64,000 nt of DNA from Gnetum montanum (Eukaryota; Plantae; Gnetophyta). Under the pieces are notes generated by a model. That model was not told the origin of the DNA. It ran no database searches and worked only from the letters and a program-made list of their open reading frames with translations. Each line of letters begins with the position of its first letter. The stretch's first letter is position 1. The stretch spans positions 958,398 through 1,022,397 of the forward strand of contig MNCI01002813.1 of NCBI GenBank assembly GCA_015680685.1, given 5' to 3'. Below are positions 1 to 13,505 of this stretch, piece by piece. The position numbers and the translations under genes were made by a program.

Positions 1-152
1 TGACAACAACAAGTAAGTCTGGGAAGACAACGAATGATTAACCTCAAATGTTCCATGGGGCGTTTAGGCATTTAGTCTGCGGAGTTCGACCAGATCACGC
101 GTGCTACGCTCGTTTCATATGGTTGAGTGTAGGGGTACCTCGCCACTCATCA
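1..152 (+). mobile_element. 3' end of an Athila-like gypsy LTR (3' LTR or solo LTR; same family as 59380-60461)
   Basis: Closely matches the reverse complement of 59380-59530 and ends ...CGCCACTCATCA at 152. No PBS follows. CpGs are retained, suggesting a young copy. Confidence 0.85.
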
Positions 153-354
153 GCAAGAAAAACCTAAAAATGATTATAGTTGGTTTTTAAATAATTTTCC
201 TCTCTTCTTTTTTCTTGGCAATTTTTATTCTTGGTTCACCAATTCTTAAACAAATTTGGAAGACATGATGTAAGCTTAGTAGGTATTGAAATTACAATCA
301 TATTACAATTTCAGATGATATGAAAGAGTTTAGGCTTTTAAATTTTCTCATATA

Positions 355-480
355 CAATGAGGTGCTAACATAATGGTTAGACTTTTGATTTGGAATTTCT
401 AAGTTATGGGTTCAATTCTAGTAGGCAATGATAAGTTATAAAGTTCTACCTAGACTATATATATGTTGGGAGTGTAGATA
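355..480 (+). mobile_element. tRNA-derived SINE-like repeat (family A), decayed copy
   Basis: Head GAGGTGCTAACATAATGGTTAGACT...GGGTTCAATTCT (A/B-box-like) plus body TTATAAAGTTCTA...ACTATATAT, shared with the copies at 12.6-15.05 kb. Confidence 0.65.
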
Positions 481-494
481 AATATAATATTTTA

Positions 495-1043
495 AGATGC
501 CATAGAATGAAAAATTACATTGTATTTATAACCTTATCTAAAAAATCTAAAAAGGATAAGAGATTGATATGAACTAAATGTTCTTTCTTATTAACTATTG
601 ACTCATTAATCTTTTAATCCTTAATGGAAATGACACCTAAGAGATTCAAAGACCAAGGTAGAAGAAATGATAATGAACTTGATATTCCAATGCATGCAAA
701 GGTTGGCATATAACTATTGGGGTTGACGTAAATGTATCGACACAATACTCGTTTTGGCTTATAAAGATATACATTGGGATAAGAAGAATTAATTAGTTTT
801 AGTCAACAGTAGTCAGTTTTTTATGATTTTATGATTTCTTGTCATGATTTCAGAGCAGTCAACTAGTGACTGTAGTATGTGCAATTATCCAAAATCTTCA
901 TTCAAATGGTTGTGTCTAGATGTATCTATGAACAGCAATAAAGATTGAAATTGATTTAAATTAGATTTACTTTTATTGCAATTTATTTTCAATCCTATTT
1001 ATTAATATTATTTAGTATAACATTAACATTTTCTCTTGCATCA
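495..1043 (+). mobile_element. possible solo LTR of unknown family
   Basis: AGATGC...GCATCA near-inverted termini, TATA-like CTTATAAAG at ~760, AATAAA at ~937. No TSD confirmed. Confidence 0.3.
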
Positions 1044-1583
1044 GTCATGGGAGAATGACTACATCAACAGCTCAAGCATTAACTATGATTAACTTAATAA
1101 TCCCCACAGTTAATTTACTTTGGTTCGTTTGATTAACTGATCAAAAGGTTGATGAAGCAAGCGTTCACCATCATAGAATTGATTTCTATTCCTAGTTTCA
1201 TAATAGCACTGACGACTGTGTACAGAGTCAGCCATGGAAAATCATCCCCCCTTGTCGACTTAAACAATCAGCCACAAGATAAATGCAACATTCAAACACA
1301 AAAAGGCTGCTTCAAGCTTACTATTTGGACTCGTATTGAAAATATGAAAAAAGTCATGGTATACATCTCAACAGACAAAGTTGCTGAGGACTGGGCACAA
1401 CTTTATTCATTTTTATACAAACTGACAACCTTTCCACATCTTGACAAAATTGCAATGTACCCATAGAAAAATATTTTCAAAAAAATTAAAAGACAAGTAA
1501 ACTTCAAAAATCACAAGTCACAATTCTTAATCATGAGTTTTATCCGATAACAAATTGGGGAATTAAAAAAAATTTATGTGCCG

Positions 1584-3984
1584 CTATACATTGGCGTATT
1601 CTTTCATTCGCCTCTCAATTTCTGCTGTATCCAATTCCTGCATAAATTATCGACTTGTCATCTTCTATAAAAATCACAAGAGAAGGCACATAGTCTCCGA
1701 TAAAATGCAGGAGATTGACTATTACAGACGTCCAACATATGTCCAAACATATTGAAAATACAAGTATTGAATGGAATTAAATAGAAAGAATTCAAATTTG
1801 AAGGTTTCATTATACTAGAAAGGAGTACCAATAAAACAATATCATAATCATAAAAACCTCTAATGTCAATCAAGAGATATATTACCTGTGGTACTTGACA
1901 ATCTGCATGATGTGGATCCCATACAACTGCACAAGAACAATCCCATTTTTCAGTCTGGACAACTGATAAAGGAGCCCTGTATATGTCAACAGGTTAACGC
2001 AGGCACAAAGGCAAGCATAAAAAACTAATCAGAACTTTAACGTTTTCATTAGATTAATTTTCCTAATGATTGTATCACGTCCATTTATTGAATTACACTT
2101 ACATAACCAGCAAATAAGACACAAAACCTTCTGTGTGTTTTTAAAATATCAAGGTTACCTTCGCCTCTTTCCACATAAAATATCCATTTTTGCTATCTGG
2201 CCATCTGAGCACATTCCTCCTTTGCTTACGAGCACACCTGTACATCGAAGCCAATTTTCTTGGGAACCTTGTGGTAGTGTTTGTGCAGGTTTCCAATCTT
2301 TCTCCCATATATCCTGGAACAACAACGTGACAGTTACATGCTACAGAATAATCTACTGGTCTTCAAACGACAAACATGAACCTAAATGATCTTACTTTCT
2401 TCAATTTCTGTTTTGCAAGTTTTTCCTCCTGCTCCATCTCTTCATGAGACACTGTAAACCCCTCACACCGGCTTTCGGTAAGCCTGAAATTAAGAACGTA
2501 ACAAATGAATGAAAAAAAATGTGCATATTTTAAGAATTGCAGCACTGAAATTTTAGGAATTAGAATATTAGAAAAATTGGTTGATCAGACAGTAGCGTAT
2601 TTTAGGAATCAAAATATTAGAAAAAATGGTTGATCAAACAGTAGTGGTCATAATTATGGACCATACGTTGACGTTCCTGAGGAAATTAAAGGATTTCAAC
2701 ATACTCTGGGAAGTTTGTGAGGGAGTCTGTTACATCAGCTTGGAAACCATTGCCAATTCGAACTTGTGGTGTGTAATACATATGAGCATCCCTTAACTGT
2801 CTGAGGAAATATGAATACCTAGATTCAATCTTACATCTGCTTGGGATTGTTATGGATTTTCTTTTCTTCTTCCAGCATGTGGAACAATACCAGTCTTTAA
2901 ATCTTTCCACCCGACACGGTTTATGACAGCTTAGGTGAGATAATTTTCCACACAAGTCACATATCCAAGATTCTTTGTTCTCAGGTTCTTTACACACTTT
3001 ACAAATTGTGTCGGTAGAACCATCACCAGTGACTCCTGGATGCTCGACTTTTACAATTTTTTGACTGCAACCAACTAATCCATGCTGTAACAAAGTAGAA
3101 ATGCATAATTCTCTAGCTTCCTTACCAAGATCATTTTCTTTGGCATAATTGAGATCTTGAGGTTTTTCAGTGTTAGCCATCTTCAGTTCTGTAGTGCCAG
3201 ACAAGACTTCTGTATTATAAGAATGCTCCTTCTCACTCACCTCAGAATCCAAAGAATTAAAAATTCCAGGAGCCTTTCTGCAGTTCTTCCGGAAATAAAC
3301 TTTAGTACCACTGTACTTTTGCCTTGCTAGTGTCAGCATATGTGAATCATTTGAAAGAATGCTATGATCATCCATGAACAACAATTTGCTTTCTCTTCCT
3401 CTAGCTGAACAGGCAGGAGCTTCAGTCTCACTTTTACTATCATGATTCTTTCCACTCTCTGATGGCAAAATCTTCAATGGTATATTAGCAGTTGAGTCTA
3501 TACTTGGTATACAATTAAGAACAGGTTGAACCATCCTGTTTGAATCATGAATGTCCTTGCAGGAACAAGAATCTTCTCCTGCACGCTTGAGAATACGCTT
3601 CTTTTTCTGTGGATCTGACTCCCCGATATCATCACCTTTAACCGGAAAATCCTCCATATGTAATCTCTTTCGCGTACATTGCGTTCCTTGTTTGCCTTTC
3701 TTTTCCGGGACCTTAGTTGTGGCCAACCTTAATTGTTTATGCATCTCTTTTACTGGAATGCAATCGCAATACTGTGATTGATGGTCGGTGAAAATTCCTC
3801 TCTTCTTAATGTCTTCAACCTTGTAAAAATTTGCATGGCTTCTCGAACTTTTTGTATTGGATTCTAACTGAGAGAAAACCCTAGTCTGCTTATCTCCTGG
3901 ACCAGAAGGAGATTTTTCATTTTTTTCATTCTCTGATAGTTTCGCCACAGTAGAACAAGGATTATTAAGCTCTCCAAAAGCCAT
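1584..3984 (-). CDS. PHD-finger / ELM2-like / CW-like zinc-finger chromatin protein (AT2G19260-like), 5 coding exons, ~555 aa
   Basis: Exons 3984-2705, 2483-2396, 2313-2159, 1976-1886 and 1637-1584 are all bounded by GT/AG with consistent phase (1668 nt in total). Motifs: C4HC3 PHD (CKVC...CDLC...HLSC...WYCSTC), ELM2-like VRIGNGFQADV, and C-terminal ENWLRC...CGKRRRAPLSVVQTEKWDCSCAVVWDPHHADCQVPQELDT, which matches the AT2G19260-family C-terminus. Confidence 0.88.
2550..2645. repeat. two-copy ~49-bp tandem duplication in intron 1
   Basis: TTTTAGGAAT(T/C)A(G/A)AATATTAGAAAAA(T/A)TGGTTGATCA(G/A)ACAGTAG occurs twice. Confidence 0.8.
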
Positions 3985-4924
3985 ATAAATATGATATATG
4001 ATTTCTTCACAGGTTAACGATATGAGAATTGCTTGTCAAAATTTAAAAAATGATTTGACATAAAACAAGCAATGAAGCAATGAGATAGTGATTCTTGATC
4101 AACCTGATAATGCATGAAAGAGTAAACATTAGCCTTCTATTAACACATTAAAATAATGGCCATTGCGGAACATTATAAAACAGAGATACACAGTACCATG
4201 TTCACAAATGACGATTCAAGAATTTTAAAGACAATTTTAATGTGAAAATGTTTGAAAGAGAGCATATGAATTAACTCTGGGTTTTTCTAATGATTTGCAG
4301 GATTATTTTCAGCCGGACAAGTTTCAATGTGGAAATTTTTGAGAGAGAAATCCAAGCAATTTCCTTTGCACGTATTGTTTGCGTGTAAATAAGCCATATA
4401 AGAAGGCAACGCTAAAATTCAAAATTTTTAAAAAGAAGCACATGCACACATTTCATAATACTGAAGTGAAAAATGATCAAGGTATCTTTACTGTAAATAT
4501 CAGGAAGTGGTAATATAAATTAACTCTAGGCTTTTCTAATGATTTATAGAATTATTTTTAGCAGGACAAACAGGAATACTTTATAATCTACTAGGGTGTT
4601 TGGGTTGAGTTGGTCTGACGAGTCAGATTCTCTTGGTTTTCACTTCCATAATGGACATAAGCAACTCTAGCCCAGATTATTACCTTACTGTGTTTTTTGG
4701 ATGTTCTACATGTGGTTGTATTTGAATCTGATTCTCACATTTTTAGCCATGATAGTAGCAGCAATGTGCAAATAGAGGATTTAGCTTTCTATTTATTATG
4801 TTTGCATTTTCAGGGTGGCTTGTTTTCACTATCCACTGAGGATTTAACCTTCATAGTTCTTTTTTTATATATATAATCAAAGTGTCAATGGAATAATGCA
4901 AGGGTATCAGTGAGTCTTGCAGTC

Positions 4925-7900
4925 GATTAATAATAGTGTACAATGCAAGAGATGTTTTAGCATGTTTTGTAGTCAAAGAACCAAAGTCATGCATTCAATT
5001 TGTCTTCTTTTGTTACAAAAAGCCAAAAACCAAATTATTTTTTATTTAATGAATTGATTGTCAGATGTAGTTTATTTTGGCCCCACTTCATCCCTCTTTT
5101 TCAAAATTAATTCATTAATCTCCTAGTCTGCCCAATTATTTCCCATAAGTACAAACGCCATATGATGTCGTAATGACTTTGCATTTTGGCAATAAAGATT
5201 GGATATAAATTCTTCAGCTTTCTTTCCCTATCACTTCTCACATTCTCTCATCTGAAATAATTCAGAAGTCATCAAATTCTCACCAAGTTTCTCTCATTTA
5301 TCATCTGCAATTAACTACCTGATCAACTATTCTTCAAATTCAACAACAATCATCATTATTGTCATTCACTCATCAATATTGAAGATCCAGCAAATGCAAT
5401 AACCAATTTGACTCCATTTAATTTTAGAATCTCCTCACCAAAAAGTCCAAAAGTCATCAACATTAATCAACAGATTTCTATTTCAGTTCTTCATATGAGA
5501 AATTCAGAATCCATTAACATTGATATCAGAGCCAGTGTCACTATGAGTTCCAATAAGGAAAATGCAAAATGTCTCATTATCTTCAACAGGACACAAGATT
5601 TCATTCTTTGGAAAGACATGATGAAAGACTTCCTGGAAGTAAAAGATGTCTACGAGACTATTGAACTGGAAGAAACTCCTCCCAAACCTATTTCAAGTGA
5701 AAAAGATAAAGATGAAAACGATCCTTCCATAAATGAATTGCTAGAAGAAGGTAATTAGAAAAAAAAGCCTCGCTTGCAAAAATGATCATCATCTTCACTG
5801 TATCAGAAACTATAGCAGGAAATCTATGCTCTCTAAAGGCCTCCAAACAAATATAGGAAAGGTTATGTTCAGACTATCTTGGAAACTCAAAAAATCAACA
5901 CACCAAAGAGCTGTTATACAAAATACAATTTGACAAACTTGAAATAAAGAATGATGAACATATTGAAGATTTCTTCATAAGAATGTATGAATGTATTAAA
6001 CACATTGATGAGTTTGGATGTAACTTCACATAGCACCAAAAGTCCAAAAAGTTATGGCAACATTCTACAATGATCACAAATATCAAAACATGATGATGAA
6101 TTTTCTCCAAAACAAAGTGTTCACACAATTCACAGTTGACAATTTAGTATCACAAACCAGAACCCTAGAAAAACTGAAGTCAAATATGTCTGAGAAAGAT
6201 CAAGTTTTTGCTGCTAGCAAAGGAAAATGTAGAATTAATAGAGGAAGAGGAAGGTTTAATAGAACAAATTTCCAAAATCAAAATTTTCATAACAATCAAG
6301 ACATTATAGAAACTCCCACAAGAGACACAAGGGGCAGAGGTTTCACAAGAGGAAGAGGGAGCAACCAAGATCAGAGGAATACACAATCAAACAACTCCAG
6401 TCCATTCTACATGTTTTGCAAAATGAGAAGACAGAAACTTGCTCGCCTAAAATTGGTTTTGAAGCACTTCAACTTCAAAACAAATACCAGGCGGAGGCTT
6501 TAAACAGATCTTTAAGTTGTTTGGAGGGCCACCCAAAAGATGTATATGTTGCATAACCGATTAAACTTACAAGTAAAGAAGATATAATCAAATACTATAA
6601 TCAAACAAAATTCTTGGGTTATAAATAGCGGATGCTCAAATCACACGACACCTTATAAATCTCATGCTCTCAATTATAAACCTAATAGAATTAGCAACAT
6701 CAAAACTGGCTGAGGCAACTTTCTCAAAATAGAAGAAGTAGGAGATTGCACTATAGGCCTACCCAACAACAAAGTCATAGCCATTATTGAAATGCTTCAT
6801 GTTATAAATCTTTCAAATCCCATACTTTTAGTTGGACAAGTGGCTAGAAAAGGGATTGATATAAATTCCAGAAATGAAGGATGTGTAATCACAAAGCCAA
6901 ATGGAGAAGAGGTCATCAAAATCAAAGCTTACAACAACCAAATTTATTGCATAGACTGTGACTATTTTGACTTAAAAGGCAATCCCATTGGCATTATCAA
7001 TGGTACTCAAGATTCCAAAGAACTCACTGTTCAAATAACGAAACCTGAAGATAGATCAGACAAACTTATTTCTCATACGACTTAATGACATCATCATCCA
7101 TCTATGAATGAAGAGAGGCAAAATATGGCACAAAAGATTAGGCCATACATCATATAATATTATTGAAAAAATGGAAAATTTGAAAATGGCAATTTCCAAA
7201 TCAAAGAAACGCCAAATGAAAATTATGAAATTTGCATTCAAGGGAAGCAAACCAACAGTCTTCATACCATGGCCATGCAAAGAAAAGACAAGCTTCTTGA
7301 GCTTATCCACATGGATATTATTGGTCCTATGCCAACCACTTCAATTGGAGGAGCAAATTACTCTCTTGTAATGATAGATGACTACACCAAAGTCACTTGG
7401 ACATACAACATAACCAAGGATGAAGCCTTTAACCAGTGTAGCGATTTTACACCATTATGCACAATACCATGAATCTCACAATAAATGCCATCAGGTTATA
7501 CAGAGGAGGAGAGTTCATTAACAATAATTTTGAAGATTTATGTTCAAAATAAGGAAACTTTCACCAAACAACATGTGGGTACAATTCTCAATTGAATGGA
7601 AGTGTAGAAAGGAAAAATAGAACCCTCCAAGATATGATGAGATGCCTTTTGAAAAATATGCAATTACCAAATAGATATTGGAACATGGCCATGATTATGG
7701 CAACCTACATAATAAATAGAATCGTCAGAAGCAGCAACAAAGACAAGTCCTCTTATGAACTTCTCGATCATAAGCTACCAAAAATTAAACACATGATGGC
7801 ATTTGGATATCATTGTTATGCAAAACTCCAAAACAATTTCTGGACAAGCTAAACAACAGAGGGAAAAATGTATATTTCTTCACTATAACACAAAAACAAG

Positions 7901-10318
7901 TGGCTACAAATGTTATGAACCAGCTGAGCATAAATGGTATTCCTCTAGGATCATAACATTTATTAAAGACAAATTTGGCATAAAAAAGCCTCATCAAAAC
8001 AATGCAAAATTTGAAACTCAAATGAACCCAAATTCTTGAACTCAAAGAGACCATCCCTAAGAGCAAATTTTGGACATGAGTTTTAAAAGAAGAACAACCA
8101 ATCCCAATACAATCAAAAATCTTGACTATTCAGCTCTTAATCAAGAACCATCCAACATAGAAGAAGCCCTAAGAATCAAAGTATGGAAGCAAACCATAGA
8201 CAAAGAATATGAGGCTATTATGAAGAACAATACATAGAAGCTTGTTGATAAACCAAAAGGAAAAAAGGTTATTGATTGCAAATAGTTGTACAAGACAAAA
8301 TTTAATGAAAAAGAAGAAGTCATCAAACATAAAGCAAGACTGGTAGCAAGAGGTTTTAGATAAAAGAAACATATTGACTATGAAGAAATATTTGTACTGG
8401 TGGCAAAGTTTGAAACCATAAAGCTTATCCTTTCAATAGTTGCTCATCAAAATCTAAAATTTCATCAAATGGATGTCAATTATAGTCTTTAATGGATACA
8501 TAAATAAAGAAGTTTATGTCCAACACCCAGAAGGATATAAAATCAAAGGAAAAGAGGGCAAAGTTTGCAAACTAAAAAAGGTTTTATATGGTCCAAAATA
8601 AGCACCTCGAGCATGGTTTCTTAGAATCAATGATTTCCTTTTGAAAAAAAATTATTCATCATGCATGTTCGAACCAACTCTATACTACAAACATGACAAA
8701 AATGATTTTCATAATAATATCTATTTATGTTGATGACCTAGATTTTACTAAAACAAGTAATAACTTGTTGGAAGAATTTAAATTAGATATAAAGAACAAA
8801 TTTAAAATGAAAGACCTTAGAGAACTAAATTACTTCCTAGGTATTCAAGTTGAATAAGAAAAGGAAGGCATCAAGGTGCATCAAACTAAGTATGTAGAAT
8901 GCATTTGAAAAATACAACTTCATCAAAACACCCAGCTCTCAACTGCCTCACAAATCAATCTTGAAAACAAAGACATTACTCCTCTTGTTCATGCAACAAT
9001 GTATAGAAGTATGATAGAATCACTCAGATTTCTCTGCCACACTAGACTTGAATTAGAATTTGCAACATCTCTCCTCTCACGATTTATGCAAGAACCAAGG
9101 GAATCACATCTCAAGGCTCTTATTCGTGTCCTAAAATATGTTAGAGGGACTATAAATTATGGCCTGAATTATACCAATGTAGATGGGAATTTTCATGCCT
9201 ACGCAAATGCTAATTGGGGAGGAGACAGTGACATCAGAAAATCAACCTCATGTGCAATCATTTTCCATAGAAAAAATGCAATGTATTGGAAATCCAAGAA
9301 ACAAACTTCAATCAGTCTTTCAATATGTAAAGTAGAATTCATTGTCATGGCATAATGCACTTAACATATCCTTTGGCTCAGGAAGCTTATGACACATCTT
9401 GGATTCTATGTTGACTCACCCATCTATTTCTCATGTGAGAATACATCAGCTATAAAACTATCCAATGAACATGTTCTTCATAAAAAATTAAAAAAAAATG
9501 ATATAAAATATTACTTCATAAAGCAAAAAATGGATGAGGAAAATATTAAACCTATTCATGTAGAATCAAACAATCATTTGGCTAATTTATTGACAAAATC
9601 TCTCTTATATTACAGAAATAAGTACCTTTACAACGGTATAGGTACCCTAAAGACATTAAAGACAAGGAAAGGAGAATGAGAAACTTGCATTCCACCCTTA
9701 AGGAGGGACTATTAATAATAGTGTGCAATGCAAGAGATGCTTCAATATGTTTTATAGTCAAGGTACCAAAGTCATGTATTCAATTTGTCTTCTTTTATTA
9801 CAAAAAGCTAAAAACCAAATTATATTTTATTTTATAAATTGATGTGCAAATGTACTTTATTTTAGCCCCAATTCATCCCTATTTTTCAAAATATATTCAT
9901 TTTTATCATTGGGGAATGACTTTTCATTATCCCCTACTATGGACCCATTCATTTCCCATAAATACCAACACCATACCATTTTGTAATGACTTTGCAATTT
10001 GGCAATAAAAATTGGATACGAATTCTTCAGCTTTCTTTCCCTCTCTTACTTTTCACGTTCTCTGATCTAAACTGATTTAGAATTCATAAAATTCTCACCA
10101 AGTTTCTCTCTTTAATCATCTACAATTAACTACCTGATCAACTATTCATCAAATTCAACAACAACAATCATCGTTACTGGCATTCACTCATCAATCTATT
10201 GAAGATCTAGCAAATGCCACAGTTGATTTGACTCAATTTCTGAATCTCCTCACCAGAAAGTCTAAAAAACTGATTCCTATTTCAATTCTTCATCAAAAAA
10301 TTCAGAATCCATCTTCCA
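4925..10318 (+). mobile_element. full-length degenerate Ty1/copia LTR retrotransposon (copia-1)
   Basis: 5' LTR ~4925-5519 and 3' LTR ~9710-10318 align. PBS TGATATCAGAGCC (tRNA-iMet type) at 5521; PPT TAAGGAGGGAC before 9710. Domain order gag-PR-INT-RT-RH. No clean TSD. Confidence 0.92.
5543..9680 (+). pseudogene. copia-1 gag-pol, disrupted
   Basis: Protease-like WVINSGCSNHT, GAG-pre-integrase WHKRLGH, integrase LELIHMDIIGP and NGSVERKNRTL, RT/RNase H motifs (YANANWGGDSDIRKSTS, NHLANLLTK). Many stops and frameshifts. Confidence 0.9.
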
Positions 10319-11699
10319 AAGGCAGAAAACCATATAACAACATAATCGAGCTCCCTTACACCTTCACACACAAGGACTGAAGGCCATATGCCTAACAAAG
10401 CTTTTGCATGCCTCCATTACCTCTTGAAAGGCCTATGGCCACAGAAACTGTCTATGAGAGTGTCCTTGGCTTGTAGGTTTGGATGCAAGGTTAAAATTGT
10501 AAAGTTTTTGGAATGCATATTCATATGGATATTATGAGTGCTTTAAAATGTTCTCAATATGTTTTCTGATATTGCTTCAACATACGGCTTTCACTCCCTC
10601 CCAAGTTGCAGAAATTGAATAATATCATTGACAGTTCTGAACTTGCTAGTAGACTTCTACTTATTTTAGCTGAGACCCAAAATTAAACCCATTTTGCAAT
10701 GGCCGGTTATGTATGGACGGTTACAACTATATAACATTCTGCCAGGAAACAGGCATTCGAAATGGATCTAACCAATTTATAAACTATCCTAATGACTGTA
10801 GAAGCCATTATTTTCAAATATTTTATTGGATTCAAAATCAGAATGTTCCATGTTATCAGTGGATTGGACAAATATAAGGAAAAAGACAAAAAAAAAAAAG
10901 GAAAATCAGATATATTAGAATGAGCAGAAATAGAAGAATTGTCTTGGGATCTTAGAGATCAACCAAGAGGCAACCATTTCAAATGACAAATTGCATTCAA
11001 GTTCAAGGCACGTAACAAAAATCCATTCATACGTAATCTTATCACATAATATCAATTATGATTCCTACAAAGAAGGTGTGAATATAGATAATATTACAAC
11101 CCTACTTGTATAGAAAGACATTACAACTGCCATGACATGATTGTAAACAAGTTTGAAAAACTGTGTGAGGAAAAACTAATCTACATTGAGTAAGAATGAT
11201 TTTTTACAACAGTCTAAATCCAATATTTTGGCTGTTTAGAGTAGGGTTTCAGAATATATTGTTTTTTCTTTTCTAGTGACTGAAAATGAAAAAAAACAAT
11301 GCCACAGTATTTAGACCGTCAAATAAAAATCAGAACTAAATTTCATTCATTAACGAAAGAATGAAAGACCCAAATCAAATAAAGAATGCCGATATGCAGG
11401 ATTTTAATAGAAAAAAACCTAGACAAAGCTATTCCAACCATGATTAACTTAGTTGTAAAGATTTTTTTGCTGCTACCATTTTTCTGCTTTCAACATTAGA
11501 AAAAAATTGTGGTTTCTCTAGTCATATATTATGGAAGAGGTGAGTATCCACAAACAATTTACCCAAATTGTTGAAATGGATAGCAAATGGACCAAATTTA
11601 CATCTCAATTTAAAGTTTTCCAATTAGTGTTCAACATTTGAACTGAAAATCAGGAGGCAACAAAACCTAGATCACAGAAATGCAGACTGTTAAGAAACC

Positions 11700-12200
11700 A
11701 GTCACGACCATATAATCATTAGGGGGAAGAAAGGCACTGGCCGGATCCCTGGCAAAACAAGGAGAACCCAAGTGACACTCTTACGAAAGATGGAGGGGGA
11801 AAAATCTAGAGACATTGAGGTCCTCGGTCCCAATAAAATGCAGAGATACAGACAAAAACAAACAAGACATTAACAATTAGAAGCAAGCAATATTCTAAAA
11901 ATTTTACAGTATAAAGCAAATGTTACAGGACTCACCAAGGTATAATGCTTCATGAGAATCAGAAAAACAAAACTGCAACTGAAATTTTCAGCATCTCTGG
12001 GCAGCGACAATTCATTTCGTTGGGACCTTAAGCAGTATAAAGAACTCCTATACAATGGTCCGGTACACTGCCCTTTGTCCAATATTGCAAAAGAGGACTT
12101 TCCATTGTAATGGCAAGGCTTAACATGTTAATATACAAGGCTGCCATGTTAATGTCATGTGTGGACAGTTGGACCCACAGGGGCACAAGCTATGTTACAA
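11700..12200 (-). promoter_or_regulatory. probable promoter and non-coding first exon(s) of the PHD gene
   Basis: Non-repetitive and CpG-retaining, with pyrimidine-rich leader-like tracts on the minus strand. Good donor TTG|GTGAGT at ~11937; candidate acceptor TTATCAG| at ~4104. Transcript linkage is inferred. Confidence 0.5.
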
Positions 12201-12803
12201 ACCAATAATACGTTAGTATTCTTTACATGTAAGCTACTTATTAATTCCACCATTATTTTTTCTATGAAAAATTTTAGGGTTATCATATTACCACCCGTGC
12301 ATGTTTTCAAGGTAACTTATACCATCTATTACATCGTGTCCATCTTTTAAGGATGTCACTTCTTTAATAATCCTAGCAAGTGATTCTCATGACATTAGAA
12401 ATTAATTAGTTTTGCCAATTTCATCTATTCATATAGTGATTTGCTTAGGTTACCACATTGGCATGAGTACCTTAGTATTTTGCTTTTGATAAGTATTGAA
12501 TTATGACCTTGTAGTTAAGGATTGAATTATGACTTGAAACTATTTAACTTTACATTGTGACCTTTTAAAACTTAGATAAAACATAAATGTGTTGAATTAA
12601 AACTTACAACCTTTTATAACAATAAGATGTCAACCTAGTTATAAAAACTTTTGATTTGGAAGTTCCAAGTTTGTGGTTAGCAATAGTGAGTTATAAAGGT
12701 ATGATTTAACGATGAGGTGTTAGCGTAGTGGTAAGACTCTTGATTTGGAAGCTTCAAGTTATGGGCTCAATTTTGGTGGGCAATTCTAAATTATAAAGTT
12801 CTA

Positions 12804-12969
12804 GAGGATCATCATCTAGAGGCTCAATGCTCATACCACTAAGGTAGGGTCTTGGGAGAGTTAGTGGATGAGCAAAAGCCTAACCTTTTTTTAGTGGTTA
12901 CATCCTCAAACCTAGGTTGTATGACTTGAAAAACAAGCACCTTACCATCACTCCAAGTAGTGGTCCCTC
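12804..12969 (-). mobile_element. Au-like tRNA-derived SINE (family B) inserted in a family-A SINE
   Basis: Minus strand GAGGGACCACTACTTGGAGTGATGGTAAGG...AGGTTAGGCT...CCCAAGACCCTACCTTAGTGG resembles the plant Au SINE layout. Flanked by a ~15-bp TSD, AATTATAAAGTTCTA / AATTACAAAGTGCTA. Confidence 0.7.
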
Positions 12970-13338
12970 AATAATTACAAAGTGCTAATGAGATCCAATG
13001 CATTAGCACTAGTATGATTGCACCCTAAATTATGGAGTTCTAATTGGACTATATATCTTGGGGTGTACCTATATTTCAATTACTTATAAACACACATACA
13101 CATAGAGAACATATAGTTGACTCTCACTTACCTTTTAATGAATGAAACTAAAAGTGAATGTTTTTATTTATTTCCAGTGAGACCCTCTTAGATCCATTGG
13201 AACACACTAGGTTTAGATTTTGTTTCACAACAATTGTCCACTGAAATCATATCAAGTCTACAACTTGGAATTCCCATTTCAAGGCTCTCATTGTTAGCCT
13301 ATATATTACCAATTCAAGTATCTAAAAAACCTACATAT

Positions 13339-13505
13339 AAAGATCATCACCTAGAGGTTCAATGCTCATCCCACTAAAGTAGGGTCTTGAAGTATTAGTG
13401 GATGAGCAAAAGCCTAACCTCTTTCAAGTTGTTACACTTAGGCTTGAACCCTAGTATTATGACTTGAGAAACAAGCATCCTACCATCACTCTAAGTAGTA
13501 GTTTC
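13339..13505 (-). mobile_element. second family-B (Au-like) SINE with long TSD
   Basis: Aligns with 12804-12969. TSD TATCTAAAAAACCTACATATA (13319) / TATCTAAAAAAAACCTATATATA (13506). Confidence 0.75.

Noticed and set aside
1149-1466. 105-aa plus-strand ORF
   Set aside because: It has a TTG start and no recognisable domain, and lies antisense to the probable 3' UTR of the PHD gene.
12710-12785. tRNA gene
   Set aside because: It has A/B-box-like motifs but no proper acceptor stem or cloverleaf, and it is always fused to the same body and tail in multiple decayed copies, so it is a SINE head.
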